In this document: positions 38,784 through 50,878 of the stretch, piece after piece
How the letters are laid out: each line of letters opens with the position of its first letter
Position numbering within the stretch: the stretch's first letter is position 1
From: Vezdaea acicularis
Lineage: Eukaryota
NCBI GenBank assembly: GCA_026025075.1
Contig: JAPEUI010000060.1
Location: forward strand, 1 to 64,000
Direction: 5' to 3'
Length of the DNA stretch: 64,000 nt
Made by a program: the position numbers and the translations under genes
The notes under the pieces: model-generated
Seen by the model: only the letters and a program-made list of their open reading frames with translations
Database searches by the model: none
Told to the model about the DNA's origin: nothing

Positions 38784-40745
38784 CTTGGAGGATTATCAAG
38801 GTGGGAGGTTTGGTCTCAAGGGACTCGACTGAAGGGGGTGATTGATGGAGGCAATCGAAGGAGACAATTGAAAGCGTGGATGGAGACTGGGGACGAAGCC
38901 GTAGATGATGGTCTTTGCAAGTGCTTGAGCAAATGCCCTCATCGTCGGGCAGGTCCATACTTATAGACAACGACAGCTCCACAAAGAGACAAGCCGAAGC
39001 TATCTGGCGTTGCATTGTGATTTCAACAGAGTTTGGTCCAGAGGGAATAGCATCCATGACAGGGCCGGCACCAAGGGTGACTGTCTGGGTAGCCTTAGCA
39101 GCGGAGAACGGAGATGATTCGACTGCTTGGAGAGACTAGCCGCGAAAACAGTTAGCAGTCCTCGCTAGCCCTGAATCCTCAGCTTCCGGCACCACCTTTT
39201 CCCGTTTTAAGCATTATTTCCAGGGTTCGAGAATATTGTGGCCCCCCTGTCGGGGTTACATCGCTTGGGCCCGCACCCCTGCAAGCGGGGTCGGTTATTG
39301 GGCCCGGACGCATCCACGAAGGAAAATGGTTCGCCCGTACACGGCATTTCAAGGTTTGATGTTCGGTGCACGCACGAGCGATGTAACGCTAGAAATCCGA
39401 GCAGACGCTTTCGACTGTGCAATGCGCCACCGTTCTCGTGAACTCATGTGCAGTGACTGCTACGCTAGACTTCACCGATGCGACGAACCCGTAAAATTAG
39501 CCGCCGGGAGCAAAGATATCGACGCCTCATCTCCAGGTCGGTCAAGAAGTCCGAGCGAAGCTGAATGCAGTCGCGTGCCGTCGGCGAACGAGAGGATTTG
39601 GGAACCTGTAATAGCCTTGCTCAGTAAACCTGGGTGACGGCCTCAATTGGGGGGTTTCTGAATGACGAGTTGATAGTCAGAAGGAGCCTAAGAAGTCGAG
39701 TCAGTGGAGCGCAAAGCATCTTAATCTCGTAACCACAGACCATAGGCACCGTAAACAACAACTCAGTCTTGAAATGCAGCCAAGGCAAGAGAGGAGTGAA
39801 AGCTCGGTGCGCAACATCAGGGATCATGGTCTGTCTCCAAGATTAGCCCGAGCTTAAAATTTTACCGTGGATTCGGCCAGTCGTGAGGCTAGACTGCAGA
39901 AAAGGACGTGGCAGCCTCCGAGCGCAAGCTTTTTACACCCCCCGCTCTCGCAGTCGATAGCGCCGATGCAACATGGCCGTGCCTGGGCCCGCCATTTTGG
40001 ACGGTTGATGCGGTGCGAGGGAGTTGCAAGCAACGGTGTTGCAGCGGTCAAAGATTTGCTGCCAGCGAGCGCCATGAATCCTCTTCGGGACGCGAGTAGG
40101 GCTTGGCGGTGCCAATGCAGTCCCCGCACTACCGGCGCTAGCACTGTACCTGCCCAAAGTTCGACTAGCGCGACACGGTGAAGAGCCGAGGGATGGCATC
40201 CCGTGCCCGCTTGCGGAGTCAGCCGACACTCAGCTTTTGCCAAAGTTGCAGAGATTAGAAAGACTGCGTAGCACGTGAAGTAGTCAAGTATTCCTCCTGA
40301 CGACGCAATCCATTCTCATTCTCAGAACCCTTCACCGGAGGGCCAAGTTTCTCCAAAAGAGACAGGTATCCTTGGGAGGTTTTTGGGAGCAGGGTATCCA
40401 AGCCGTATAGGCGGGCTTAAGTCTCTTGACTCGACCCGTTTTGGTTGAAGAAATTCAACCTGAATCCGTCGGATTCATGAAGATCGAGTTGAACATGCCT
40501 ATATCTTATGAAGATTGAATCATAAGATAAGTTTCTTTCTCCCATAGAACGGGAACGGACGTGGTAGAATGGGAATATTTGCTATCTTAGTTTCTACGTA
40601 CAAACACTTTGAAACGCCATACTTTCTTCACGTTGGTATGCAATTCTTTTATCTCGATATACCATTCGGATATGATTCGCCGTGGCCATGCTATTGAGTT
40701 GTACCTGGGAACCTAATCTCACGGTGGCAGGTAGGAGAGTCGGCA

Positions 40746-42710
40746 TCATTTGGAAAATCGTTGAAGCAGTTCGACGATCTCCGTGTGCCCCTTTTGGGCT
40801 GCCATGAGCAGCGCCGTCTGTCCATATTCATCTTTTACCCTCACGTCAACCCCTTTGGCCAGCAGCAAGTCGACGATGGCCGTGTGCCCGTTGTAGGCGG
40901 CCCCAAGCAGCGCCGTCCATCCATTTCTGTCTTTCGCGTCAACGTCCGCCCCTTTCGCCAGCAGCAACTCGACAATCAGCTTGCGCCCATTGTGAGCTGC
41001 TACAAGCAGTGCCGTCCATCCAATTGCATTTCTCGCCTCGAGGTCCGCTCCTTGGGCCAGCAGCAACTCGACAATCTCTGTGTGCCCTTTGTAGGCCGCC
41101 CCCAGTAATGCCGTCTGTCCAATTTCATCTTTCGCCTCGAGGTGCGCTCCTTGAGCAAGTAGCAGCTTGACGATCGCCGTGTACTCGTAGCGGGCTGCCA
41201 CGAGCAGCGTCATCTCTCCAGATCCATCCCCCGCCCCCACGCCTGCTCCTTTGGCCAGCAGCAGCTCGACGATTGCCGTGCGCCCGTCGCGGACCGCCCT
41301 ATGCAGCGCCGTCCGTCCGTCTTCATCTTTCACCTTCAGGTCCGCCCCTTTGGCCAATAGCAACTCAACGATCCCCGTATGCCCGTTGCGGACTGCCCAG
41401 AGCAGCGCCGTCCATCCGTCTTCATCTTTCGCCTCGAGGTCCGCTCCTTTGGCCAATAGCAACTCAACGATCCCCGTATGCCCGTTGCGGACTGCCCAGA
41501 GCAGCGCCGTCCATCCGTCGTGATCTTTCGCCTCGAGGTCCGCCCCTTTGGCCAGTAGCAACTCGACGGTCGTCGTGTGCCCGTTATGGGCTGCCCAGAG
41601 CAGCGCCGTCCATCCATCGTGATCTTTCGCCTCGAGGTCCGCTCCTTTGGCCAATAGCAACTCAACGATCCCCGTATGCCCGTTGCGGACTGCCCAGAGC
41701 AGCGCCGTCCATCCGTCTTCATCTTTCGCCTCGAGGTCCGCTCCTTTGGCCAGCAGTAGCTCGATGATTCCCGTGTGCCCGTTGCGAACTGCCGCAAGCA
41801 GCGCCGTCGATACTTCTTCGCCTTTTGCCTCGAGGTCCACCCATTTGGCAAGCAGCAGCTCGAAGATCTCCGTTTGCCCCTTGTGGACTGCCATGAGCAG
41901 CGCCGTCTGTCCATATTCATCTTTTACCCTCACGTCAACCCCTTTGGCCAGCAGCAGCTCGACGGTCGTTGTGTGCCCGTTGTTGGCTGCCCAGAGCAGC
42001 GCCGTCCATCCATCGTGATCTTTCGCCTCGAGGTCCGCTCCTTTAGCCAGCAGCAACTCGGCGATCGTTTTGTGTCCTTTGTGGCTTGCATAAAGTAGCG
42101 CCGTCAATCCAGATATACTCTTTGCCTTGACGTCCGCCCCTTCGGCTAGCAGCAGCTCGTGGGTCGTCGTGTGCCCGTTGTGGGCTGCCCAGAGCAGCGC
42201 CGTCCATCCGTCGCGATCTTTCGCCTCGAGGTCCGCTCCTTTAGATAGCAGCAGCTCGACGATCGCCGTGTGGTCTTTTTGGGCCGCCCAGAGCAGTGCC
42301 GTCCGTCCAGAATCATCCTTCGCCTTGAGGTCCGCCCCTTGGGCCAGTAGCAACTCGACGGTCGTCGTGTGCCTGTTGTGGACTGCCCAGAGCAGCGCCG
42401 TCCATCCGTCGTGATCTTTTGCCTCGAGGTCCGCTCCTTCAGCCAGCAGCAGCTCGACGATCGCGGTGTGGCCCTTTCGGGCCGCCCAGAGCAGCGCCGT
42501 CCGTCCAGAATCATCTTTCGCCTCGAGGTCCGCCCCTTGGGCCAGTAGCAACTCGACGGTCGTCGTGTGCCCGTTGTAGGCCGCCCGAAGCAGTGCCGTC
42601 TCTCCATATCTGTCTCTGGCCTTCACGTCTGTCCCTTTTGCCAGTAGCAGCTCGACGATTGTGGTGTGTCCTTCTAAACTGGCAACACTCAGTCCTGTAC
42701 GGCCGTTCTT
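40746..42710 (-). repeat. Intragenic 99-bp tandem repeat (ankyrin array with high internal conservation)
   Basis: 20 units with consensus GWTALLWAxxNGHTxIVELLLAKGADLEAKDxD; several units are near-identical at the DNA level (e.g. 41340-41740). Confidence 0.95.
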
Positions 42711-45535
42711 ATTTCTTGCAATAACATCAAGGCTTTTAGCCGCGCTGAGCCACTTTAATACTGAGAGAAATCCGAAGGCACAAGCCAGAAACATGCTTGT
42801 CGGCAGCGAGCTGTCTACCTCGCGAAGGCGATTGCGAAGAGGATCTCCCCAGTGTAGCGTTTGGGATGCTTCGTCGACATCTGCCAACCATCTTATGAAC
42901 GCTTGAGTCACCTGGCCATCCTTGAATAAAAAGGACTTGATACTCTCTTCGAGGTGCACTTCAATCGCAGTATTAATGATAACTTGATAATGGGCTGGCC
43001 AGAATAAAGTTGCGTATGATCCGAGAACCCTGTTTTCCTTTCTTATTGAATCTTGCTCATCCTTAGGTCCTGGGAGTCGTTCTACAGATTCGAAGAGGTA
43101 CAAATCTATACATCTTTGCAAGACAAGCGCATTAGTGTTTGAAATTGAGAACTCCATTCGAGTTTCTAGGAACTCTCTGACAGATAGATGGACGAATCGA
43201 AATACATTGAGCTCCGAATCTAGAATCACGAAATTTCGGGACATAGTAAGAATGTCAGCTTCTAGAATCTTTGAGCATTTCCCGTTGACTCCAACAGAGA
43301 CGGCCGCAATGAGCTCTTCATTGCTCAGTGGACGTTGAGCGCAAAGTAGCCATTTTATTGTTCGATCAACAACTGCACGAGCCTTTGGGGCTAATCGCAA
43401 TATTCTCTGGTAGATAACATTGTAGGAGTCCACTAGTTTTTCGGGAAGGTTATCCAGTTCTTCCCGAACATCGTCCTGGTGTGGTAATCTCTCACAGTCG
43501 CAAAGCGCCTCAATCTGTAGACTGACCCAGCGAAACCTAGCATAAATGTTAGTTTTAATAAGATGTGGGATCAACTCCGATCCACGCACATTCCTTGAGC
43601 TTTCTTTTGTAGCTTCATAATGATCTCGCTTTTGAGTTCTTCTGAGACATTACCGTAGAGCAAATCCCTATTCTTAATGGACCGAGTTATTTCTACGTTT
43701 ATGAAACGTTGGATGTCCCCATCGTTATCTTTGACACTAATAAAGACATTTAATGAGCGTTGAAGTCGGTTAACAATGTCAAAATCATCTCTGCTGGATA
43801 CGAAGACTTTAACTAGATTAGCCGATTGCTGGATGATATCATCTAACGCCTCGAGTAGCTTGATCCTCGTCCTGGGATTACATTCATCGAGAGCATCAAT
43901 GATAATAGTTGCGGGATTGCTCTCGAGTAATTTGAGGATCAGCTCAACGCATTCTTGCAGTGTCAATGTTTCGAGAGGGGACCCGTCTTCCTTAGCTTTC
44001 TGCTTTTTCTCCTCATATGCTCTCACTACAGGACTTCGAAGTAAGAAACTTGGCAGTGATATGGACAGCTGCTTCAGAATGCTTCGCAGGATCTCCTCTG
44101 GGTCTGAACGTTGTGATTCAGATTCATTGCGTGCGCAATAGAAGAATGCAGTTGGTGCCGAGGTTGGAATCTTCTGAACTTCAAGCTGAAGAGAATCAAT
44201 AACCGAGTATCTGTCGAGAATCAGCGCTTGTGCTCAAGTTTAGGAAATTTGACACTCACACCATTCGGCTTTTTCCTGAGCCGGCTAGCCATTTTATCAG
44301 CAATGTTATCGGCGAAAGTTGCTTGTGGCACACGTACGAATCCCGTGGAGCCATAGAATTGATGATGTGCTTGCTTTCCTCCATTCTATATACTCGTCCT
44401 TTCGTTGAAGCCATTTTCCCGAACCCTCTAGAAACCCTTTGCCAATAGCACGATGGTGGGACTGGTGTGGAACGGTGGACATCCAATTGAGAATGGCCTG
44501 ACGCTCGTCCTCTATACACATGAGAATCTTATAGTACTGATGTCATAAGCCTAGTACATACCTTTCAGATGATCGTGAAGCTCGGAGAGCTGTGTAGCTG
44601 ATCGATTGATTGGCGAAGTCAAATCTGAAATAATCTTAAGTAGAGTGTCTTGCCGCTTTTTTAGGCCTCCGCTTGCTGCTCGAGCATCTGATATTCATGC
44701 ATCAGTGATACTTGAGCTTGGCCTTGACAGGAAGAACATAGAAACATGCCTATTTTGTCGATGAGGCGTGTACAGGCATCGACGTTGGCCTGCTCAGTAT
44801 ATACTCTCTGGAGAAATGCATCCACCTTTGTCTCTTTAGCGCTTAAAATGCTCTTTCCTACCCGTACTATTCCATCAGATCAGCGATCAATCCTCTTCTT
44901 TGAAGATTTGTATTGGCAGACAAACCAGCAGTGCCTTGAGCATAGTACTTCTTAGCTTCAACAAGGTAGATAAGGACAGCAGAGTACATTCTAGAAATGG
45001 ACCGTTCCAGTTGGCTTTGTATTTCTGTAACGGCACCTTCTTGAAGATAAAGCTCTTCAAAGGTGTAACAACGAGCAAGGGCGTTAGATATCATCTCAAC
45101 TCCATCAACCATCGCACCAAAGATCTGCGAATCATTGATGGTAGCCTAGTAGAAGTTTGTTAGATATTCTCATTCTATGTTAGTGGTCGTTGGACTGACC
45201 TGAAGTAAGAATCGGATACCAGCCCAAGGCAAAGCTGCATGAGCCGGGTCATACTGCACGGCGACATCACAAACGGCAACGAACTTGCTCACCCAGGTTG
45301 TGATCTTTTCTAATTTATCACGTATGATGATATCTTGACCGTTCTTTCTGTACTTCCAGCGCTTATCAAGGCATAGTTGTTCCTTCTGTTTCACCACGTC
45401 CACGAGACTTTCTAGCACTTGGAGTGGTGGCTCGTTGACATAGAGACTCTCTCTGTCTTCTTTGCACAGGGTTGCGAAAGCTTTCTGCCATAGGCTACTC
45501 GCCTGTCTGTTGTATTCATTAGCTTTGGCACTCAT
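40746..45535 (-). CDS. Fungal NLR: N-terminal helical (NACHT_N/Goodbye-like) domain + NACHT + ankyrin repeats, 8 exons
   Basis: AALPWAGIRFLLQ in the N-terminal domain, Walker A WLHGIPGSGKS (split by an intron), Walker B IIIDALDEC, VFVSSR, GMFRWV, FVHLSVREFL, 20 ankyrin repeats. Frame traced intact through 7 introns, one of them GC-AG. Confidence 0.93.
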
Positions 45536-46157
45536 GACATCAACATGGATAAAGAAGACTCCTGGAACTGTAATGGGAGAAGAATCTCACGAGGCTGTCA
45601 TAACGGCCTATTATTCCGATTGTCATCAAGAATATCTTCACTTGGATTCAGTATAACTCGTATAATTCTATATGGAGAGAAGCAAATTAGGTCAAGATCA
45701 AAAGCATTATAACCAGACTTATTTCACAATTCGACTCAGCTATAAGGCAGTCCATTCCATTGTACAAAATGGTGCAAGGCTGAAGCCTCATGGCCCAGGC
45801 TGAAATCCAAAGAGCCTTGGGCAGTCGCCTCGCCTGGAAGGCCCTCTCTATCACTTCATAGCATGACCAATAGATTGCCGTGGAACGTGCAGCAAGTACA
45901 GATGGGAAAGCAGGCCTGAGAGCTACAACTGGAATGGGAGAGGGTGGCATAGTTCATGCTAAGGGATCTGATTGTTTAGTCATTCATAATTTATCAGCAA
46001 GCAAAGTTACGACATTCTTATGACGATGAGCATCTCAAGTCATGGTCTCTAAAAGCCATTCCATATGGGAGGAGTCCACGAACGTCGCAATGCTGTGAAT
46101 GAAGGACCAACTTTAAATCGCAATACTAGAACCCGGCAGGCTTCGAGCAGACGCTGC

Positions 46158-49100
46158 TCAGCCTTCCACAACCTCGGCTTCCGCCCTTCTCTTCAAGATT
46201 TCTGCTGCTTCAGTAGCCGCGCGAGTTTCGATCTCGTGCCGACTCCCCCCGTCCTCTACATGCACAACAACTTCGTCGCCAACCGTAACCTCGCACTGAT
46301 ACATCCCCTTTTCATCCTGCGCTACCGCATACCCAACTTTTAACTGCCGTGCACCCGCCCATTCCCCCAACTCATTCTTCGGCGGCATTAAATACACGCC
46401 ATCACCCACGAGCCTCCTAAGACACGGGAGGACACCTATTTTCTCAAGGACCTGCACGCAGGCAGCCAAGTTGCCGCACGAGTCAATGTAGACAGCGCCA
46501 AGCACGCTCTCTACAAGGTCAGAAAAGAATTTAGGCGCATTTAGCCTTGACAGTAAACTCCACGGATATACGGTACCAGTTTCGAGCGCAGAGCATATAG
46601 CGTCACGCAATTCGGTGAACCGCTCAAAACAAGTTTTCTGGGCGCTCAGGACCTTTGTGCTACTATGACGCATGAACTCATAGAAGCGCGTGCTGAAGGA
46701 GCTCTCAACGCTACGGAAGATGTTGTGGCACTCTTCCTTCAAGTTATACCTGATTTCGCTTGTTGACAGTTCCATAGCGATGAAGGCTAGAAATTCGGCG
46801 TTGACGACAGAGATGCGCATTAAGTGCATATCCTGGTGTTTGTGCTCTGCGCCTTGCTCGAAGATCCATTGCGTGACTATCGTGTCAAGAAGGGAGTCGC
46901 CCAGGAATTCAAGGCGCTGGTAAGAGGGCGTGAGTGGGAGACCTTCATATGTCACGTGTGTAAGGCTTTCGACAAGGAGGCTAGTCTTTTTGAAGTTGTA
47001 GCCAATCAATCTCTCGAGTGATTGGGTGTGGGGAAAGTCCATTTGCGGCAGGGCTCTGACGAAGAGGGAGTGCGCCCTGGTTTGGAGACTAGTCCAGTCG
47101 GCTTCGGGAAAGAAGACTTTAAGGCATTCAAGTGCTTTGGGGATGCCGCCATCTAGAAACGCCGCGCCAATCAAAGCCTCCAAAACATCAGCAATCACTT
47201 TGGTTGAGAGGCCTCTTGTGCCACCTTCAGGCAGCGCTAAGAGGTCAGAGTTGTAAAGGGGACGCCACTTAGTCCCACTGAATGCGGAGCATACAATGAA
47301 CTGGTCCAGTTTCACGTGCATTGCGGCCTTCGCAAGTGCTGAATTGGACACAATTCGATCTTTCTTATGCGAAAGATAGCCCTCGTGATAATTCGGGTGC
47401 TCCGCTATCAACTGCACAGAAGTGCAGAACTTCAGGATATTGTCTCCAAGAAATTCGAGGCGTTGGTAGTTGAAAGATTCGTTCGCTGCACCAGAGGTAA
47501 TTGCAGTTAACACGAGATCCTTATCTTTGTACTCGACTGGTTTCATAAGAGTCTCACAAAGCCTATCAACAAGGAGCCAGATCTCAATACGATGAGTAAT
47601 TGAGGGAATGAATTTGCCGACCTGGGCATACTGAAAAGGCATCCTATCGAATAGACATAACTTGGTAGCAAGTTGCTGGACGGTAACAGCTTTTCTGTTT
47701 GCTTTCGGAAGTGGGTGGAGAAAGCCGGCCCGCTTTGTAAGTTTCAAAGCATTAACTTGGGGGCTCCCATCAGGGTCACATTCCTCTGACCAGCTATGAA
47801 AGATGTAAGGCAAGTTCCCCTGACTTTTGTCTCTCACAATACCAGCGTAACCAGCGCTGACATTGGGAGGTCGCTCCCGCAGTTCATTCAGATCATAGAA
47901 GCCAGAAACTTGTAAGTTCCATGTGCGTATGTCATCTATCTCCATGCAAGGAGCGAAGAGAACGGCGAAGTCTTTGCTGTAACTATCCACCTCTAAATCG
48001 CTTGCGATCGGCTGTTTTAAAGCAGAGGGGTATGCTGCTTGGAGCAGCAGAAAGGTTGATTCTTGAATCGACCCCGGATCATCAAGTCTCAAAGACTTTT
48101 GGAAAGTAGCCTCAAATGAAGTCTCTATATCCCAGTAGAGATTAACCGTAGGAAATTTTTCAGGGGCAACTCCTGGCCATGGTAGTGCCACAAGCACACT
48201 CAGGTGGGAGCCATCTTTACTGGTGAGGTGCATATCAAAAGCAGTCGCGGTCGATGCGTGACTCCACTTTTCGGCGACAAGGTGCCAGGGACAGTATTGG
48301 CCATTTGCATTTACTAGACTTGGTCTCTTTTCAATCGGATTATTCGACAAGTCATCGTCCTCGGGCGACGAGATTGGAAGGAGGTTGTCGTTAATGAGCC
48401 CCGCTTTATGGAGGGCAACGTAGGTTTCGAAAGCTGCATCCTTTCTAGCCATACGCTCTGTCTTCCACCACTTGAAGCTTGAAGCTCGCCGAACGGAAAG
48501 ATCAACGCTTATTGGCAATACGATATCTGCGGATATTAAATTGCTCGCAGGGTCATGTTCATATACAATCTGGGGACGCGAGTCCGCATAAGGCTCTGTC
48601 GGAAGAAGGTTGCAAAAGTGGTTTAGGTGGGTGATGGCGTTGTCAAAGGTCAATAGGGCACTAACACAAGGTTAGCGCACAGTCAGTTGTATTCAAGATG
48701 GGAGAGTATGGTATGGCGATTTACCCTGTAGCTTCCACCTTATAGAACCGGTCTCCAGATTCCTCATCATCTTCGTCCTCGTCCTCTAGGGCATCGATTG
48801 TTCGCTGATCGTCTTTATAAGCTTCGATCATCTCGGCTTCAAGCATCTCCCAGTATGCCGTGTTGCGGATTCCTCCGTCCTCCCCTACCATCATGATGAG
48901 CTTCGAGTCCAGTTTTCTCGCCCTCCCACGTCTCTGTATGAAGGACTTGAGATTGTCTGGCTCATTAAAGCAAATCACGAGATTGCAAGCAGAAATGTCA
49001 ATACCCTCTTCTAGAACAGTCGTCGCTAAGACGACATTTATTTGTCCACTACGGAGATCGTCCAGCGTGTTGATCTGATTCCGAGAATCAAGCTGAGAGG

Positions 49101-50878
49101 TTAGCCCCCCGTCCCTTCGCTTTCCCTGCTGGGACGTGCCAACAAAAGTTGCACACTTTAAGACATCCTTGGATTTCGTGTGGCATGACAAAAGGATGCG
49201 CAGTATTGCAGCTACAACACGCTGCTTGACAAAGATTAAGATTGCGGGCGAAGACGAACGCTCTTGAAGCAGTAACTCCATAAGTCTCTCAACCTTGGGC
49301 GATACAGCAAAATTCGCTCTCTCCGGCAGTGTGGCGTAAGTTTGTCGCGATTGAGGACATACTCGAGCCAGAAGAGTTGAGAGATAATCCTTCTCCTCCG
49401 GGGTCCCTTTGAACCCCCTCTGGATGGGCGCTTCCAAGGATTCCAGAAGGGCAGATACTTCAGAACAGATGAAGTATTCTGTAGCCCAGCCGCCAAGCTC
49501 GAGATTGACAGCTTGAGCTTTCCTCGCAAGGCCCTCTATTTCATCATGGCAGTAAGTCTGTCTCTTAAGATATAGCTGTTCCAGCTTTGCTCGGCCTAGA
49601 ACACTGCTATCCTTCATCAGACTAATTACGTAAGGATCATTCCGAAGTTCCAGAGTTGAGGCAACGTGTATTAATCTCAGCAAGCTTGGAGCTTCTGTTC
49701 TTAATCCGTTCGGAGGCTGATATTCCACCTTTTGTAACACCGGCGGATTAACGTATTTCATCAATTCTACTCGATTTTCCTTGGGCGTTCTGCAGACTGC
49801 GTTCATATTCTGCTCTAGACGTCTGTTAATCATAGTCATGGTCAGTAGTTGGCCTCCACGAATTCAAGATAACACAACATAAGGAGCTCAGGAGCAACTA
49901 TACTTTAGTTCATTAGGCTTTCCTCTTACGACTGGACTAGCAGTCAGTCCGAGAATATGGGGGCAAGAATCTGGTGACTGTTGCAGTAGTGGGTGGTAGA
50001 AATTCTGCATTATCAATCCTGCTGGGTGTTTTCCATAGCAGTGATGGGCTAGGGACTTATTAGAGTAAGTTGCTAGGAGTCTATATAAGTTGTGTTACCT
50101 TCGTCAAAGACCAACAGAGCTAGTTTCGTCATCCGCACAAAAGCATGAGAAAGTGCATCAAGTAGGACTTGATGTGTCGAGACCACAATACGTATGTTAT
50201 GAAGTATTGCGTCCCAGACGTGTTGCTCGCTCCAATGGTCGACGTTATCTGCACCACAGATAAAACGAATCTGGACAGCTGGAAGAAGATCTGCTAGCAC
50301 ATCATATTGTTGCTGGCATAGTGCGACAGTTGGAGCAAGGAACCATACGATCTGCACTAGTGTTAAACCTAAATAGATAATGAGATATGTTCCAAACCTT
50401 TTCGGAGGCACAGCGATATAATTCAGCTTGAATGCGGAGAATGGCTCTTCAAAAGTAGGTCAACATGTGATCTAGGAGACAGTGAAAGGCAAGTATCGAA
50501 GAGAAAGCTTCAATATCAAAAATTCTGCACAGGTACAGAAGCGGTGCATTCTCCAAGACGGGTGATGGCTATACATATGTGTTTTCCCGCTTCCAGTATC
50601 CATCTACAACTTATTAGATCCCCGTCCACAAGGAGGGTCACCGAGCGCCATACAGCAATGATCACATTTCGCTTCATGCTCTCCTCGAACATTTCCAATT
50701 GATAGGCTCGTGGCCTAAAGGCCTGCGTCTCGCCATTAGGCTGGGGAGTCTGCTGCTTGTGTCGCGCTTCTTGAGCATGATTCATGAAAGCCTCGTCTTT
50801 CGAAGGCAGCTGGTCAATGAAGTCGTCGGAAAATTCATCAGCTGAAGTAGCAGCTTCAGCCATATTCACAGCGGCCAT
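46158..50878 (-). CDS. dcl2: Dicer-like protein 2
   Basis: [51 protein letters not shown], dimerisation domain ([10 protein letters not shown]...ARKDAAF), two RNase III domains (YQRLEFLGD x2; [20 protein letters not shown]), C-terminal dsRBD. Confidence 0.95.

Noticed and set aside
41251..42724. Repetitive ORFs in alternative frames and on the opposite strand; possible CRISPR-like array
   Set aside because: By-products of the 99-bp coding ankyrin repeat; the units are contiguous with no unique spacers.
45000..46157. Amyloid signalling motif (HET-s/PP/sigma) at or upstream of the NLR N-terminus
   Set aside because: The N-terminus is a helical AALPWAG-type domain, and I found no N/Q/G-rich pseudo-repeat.
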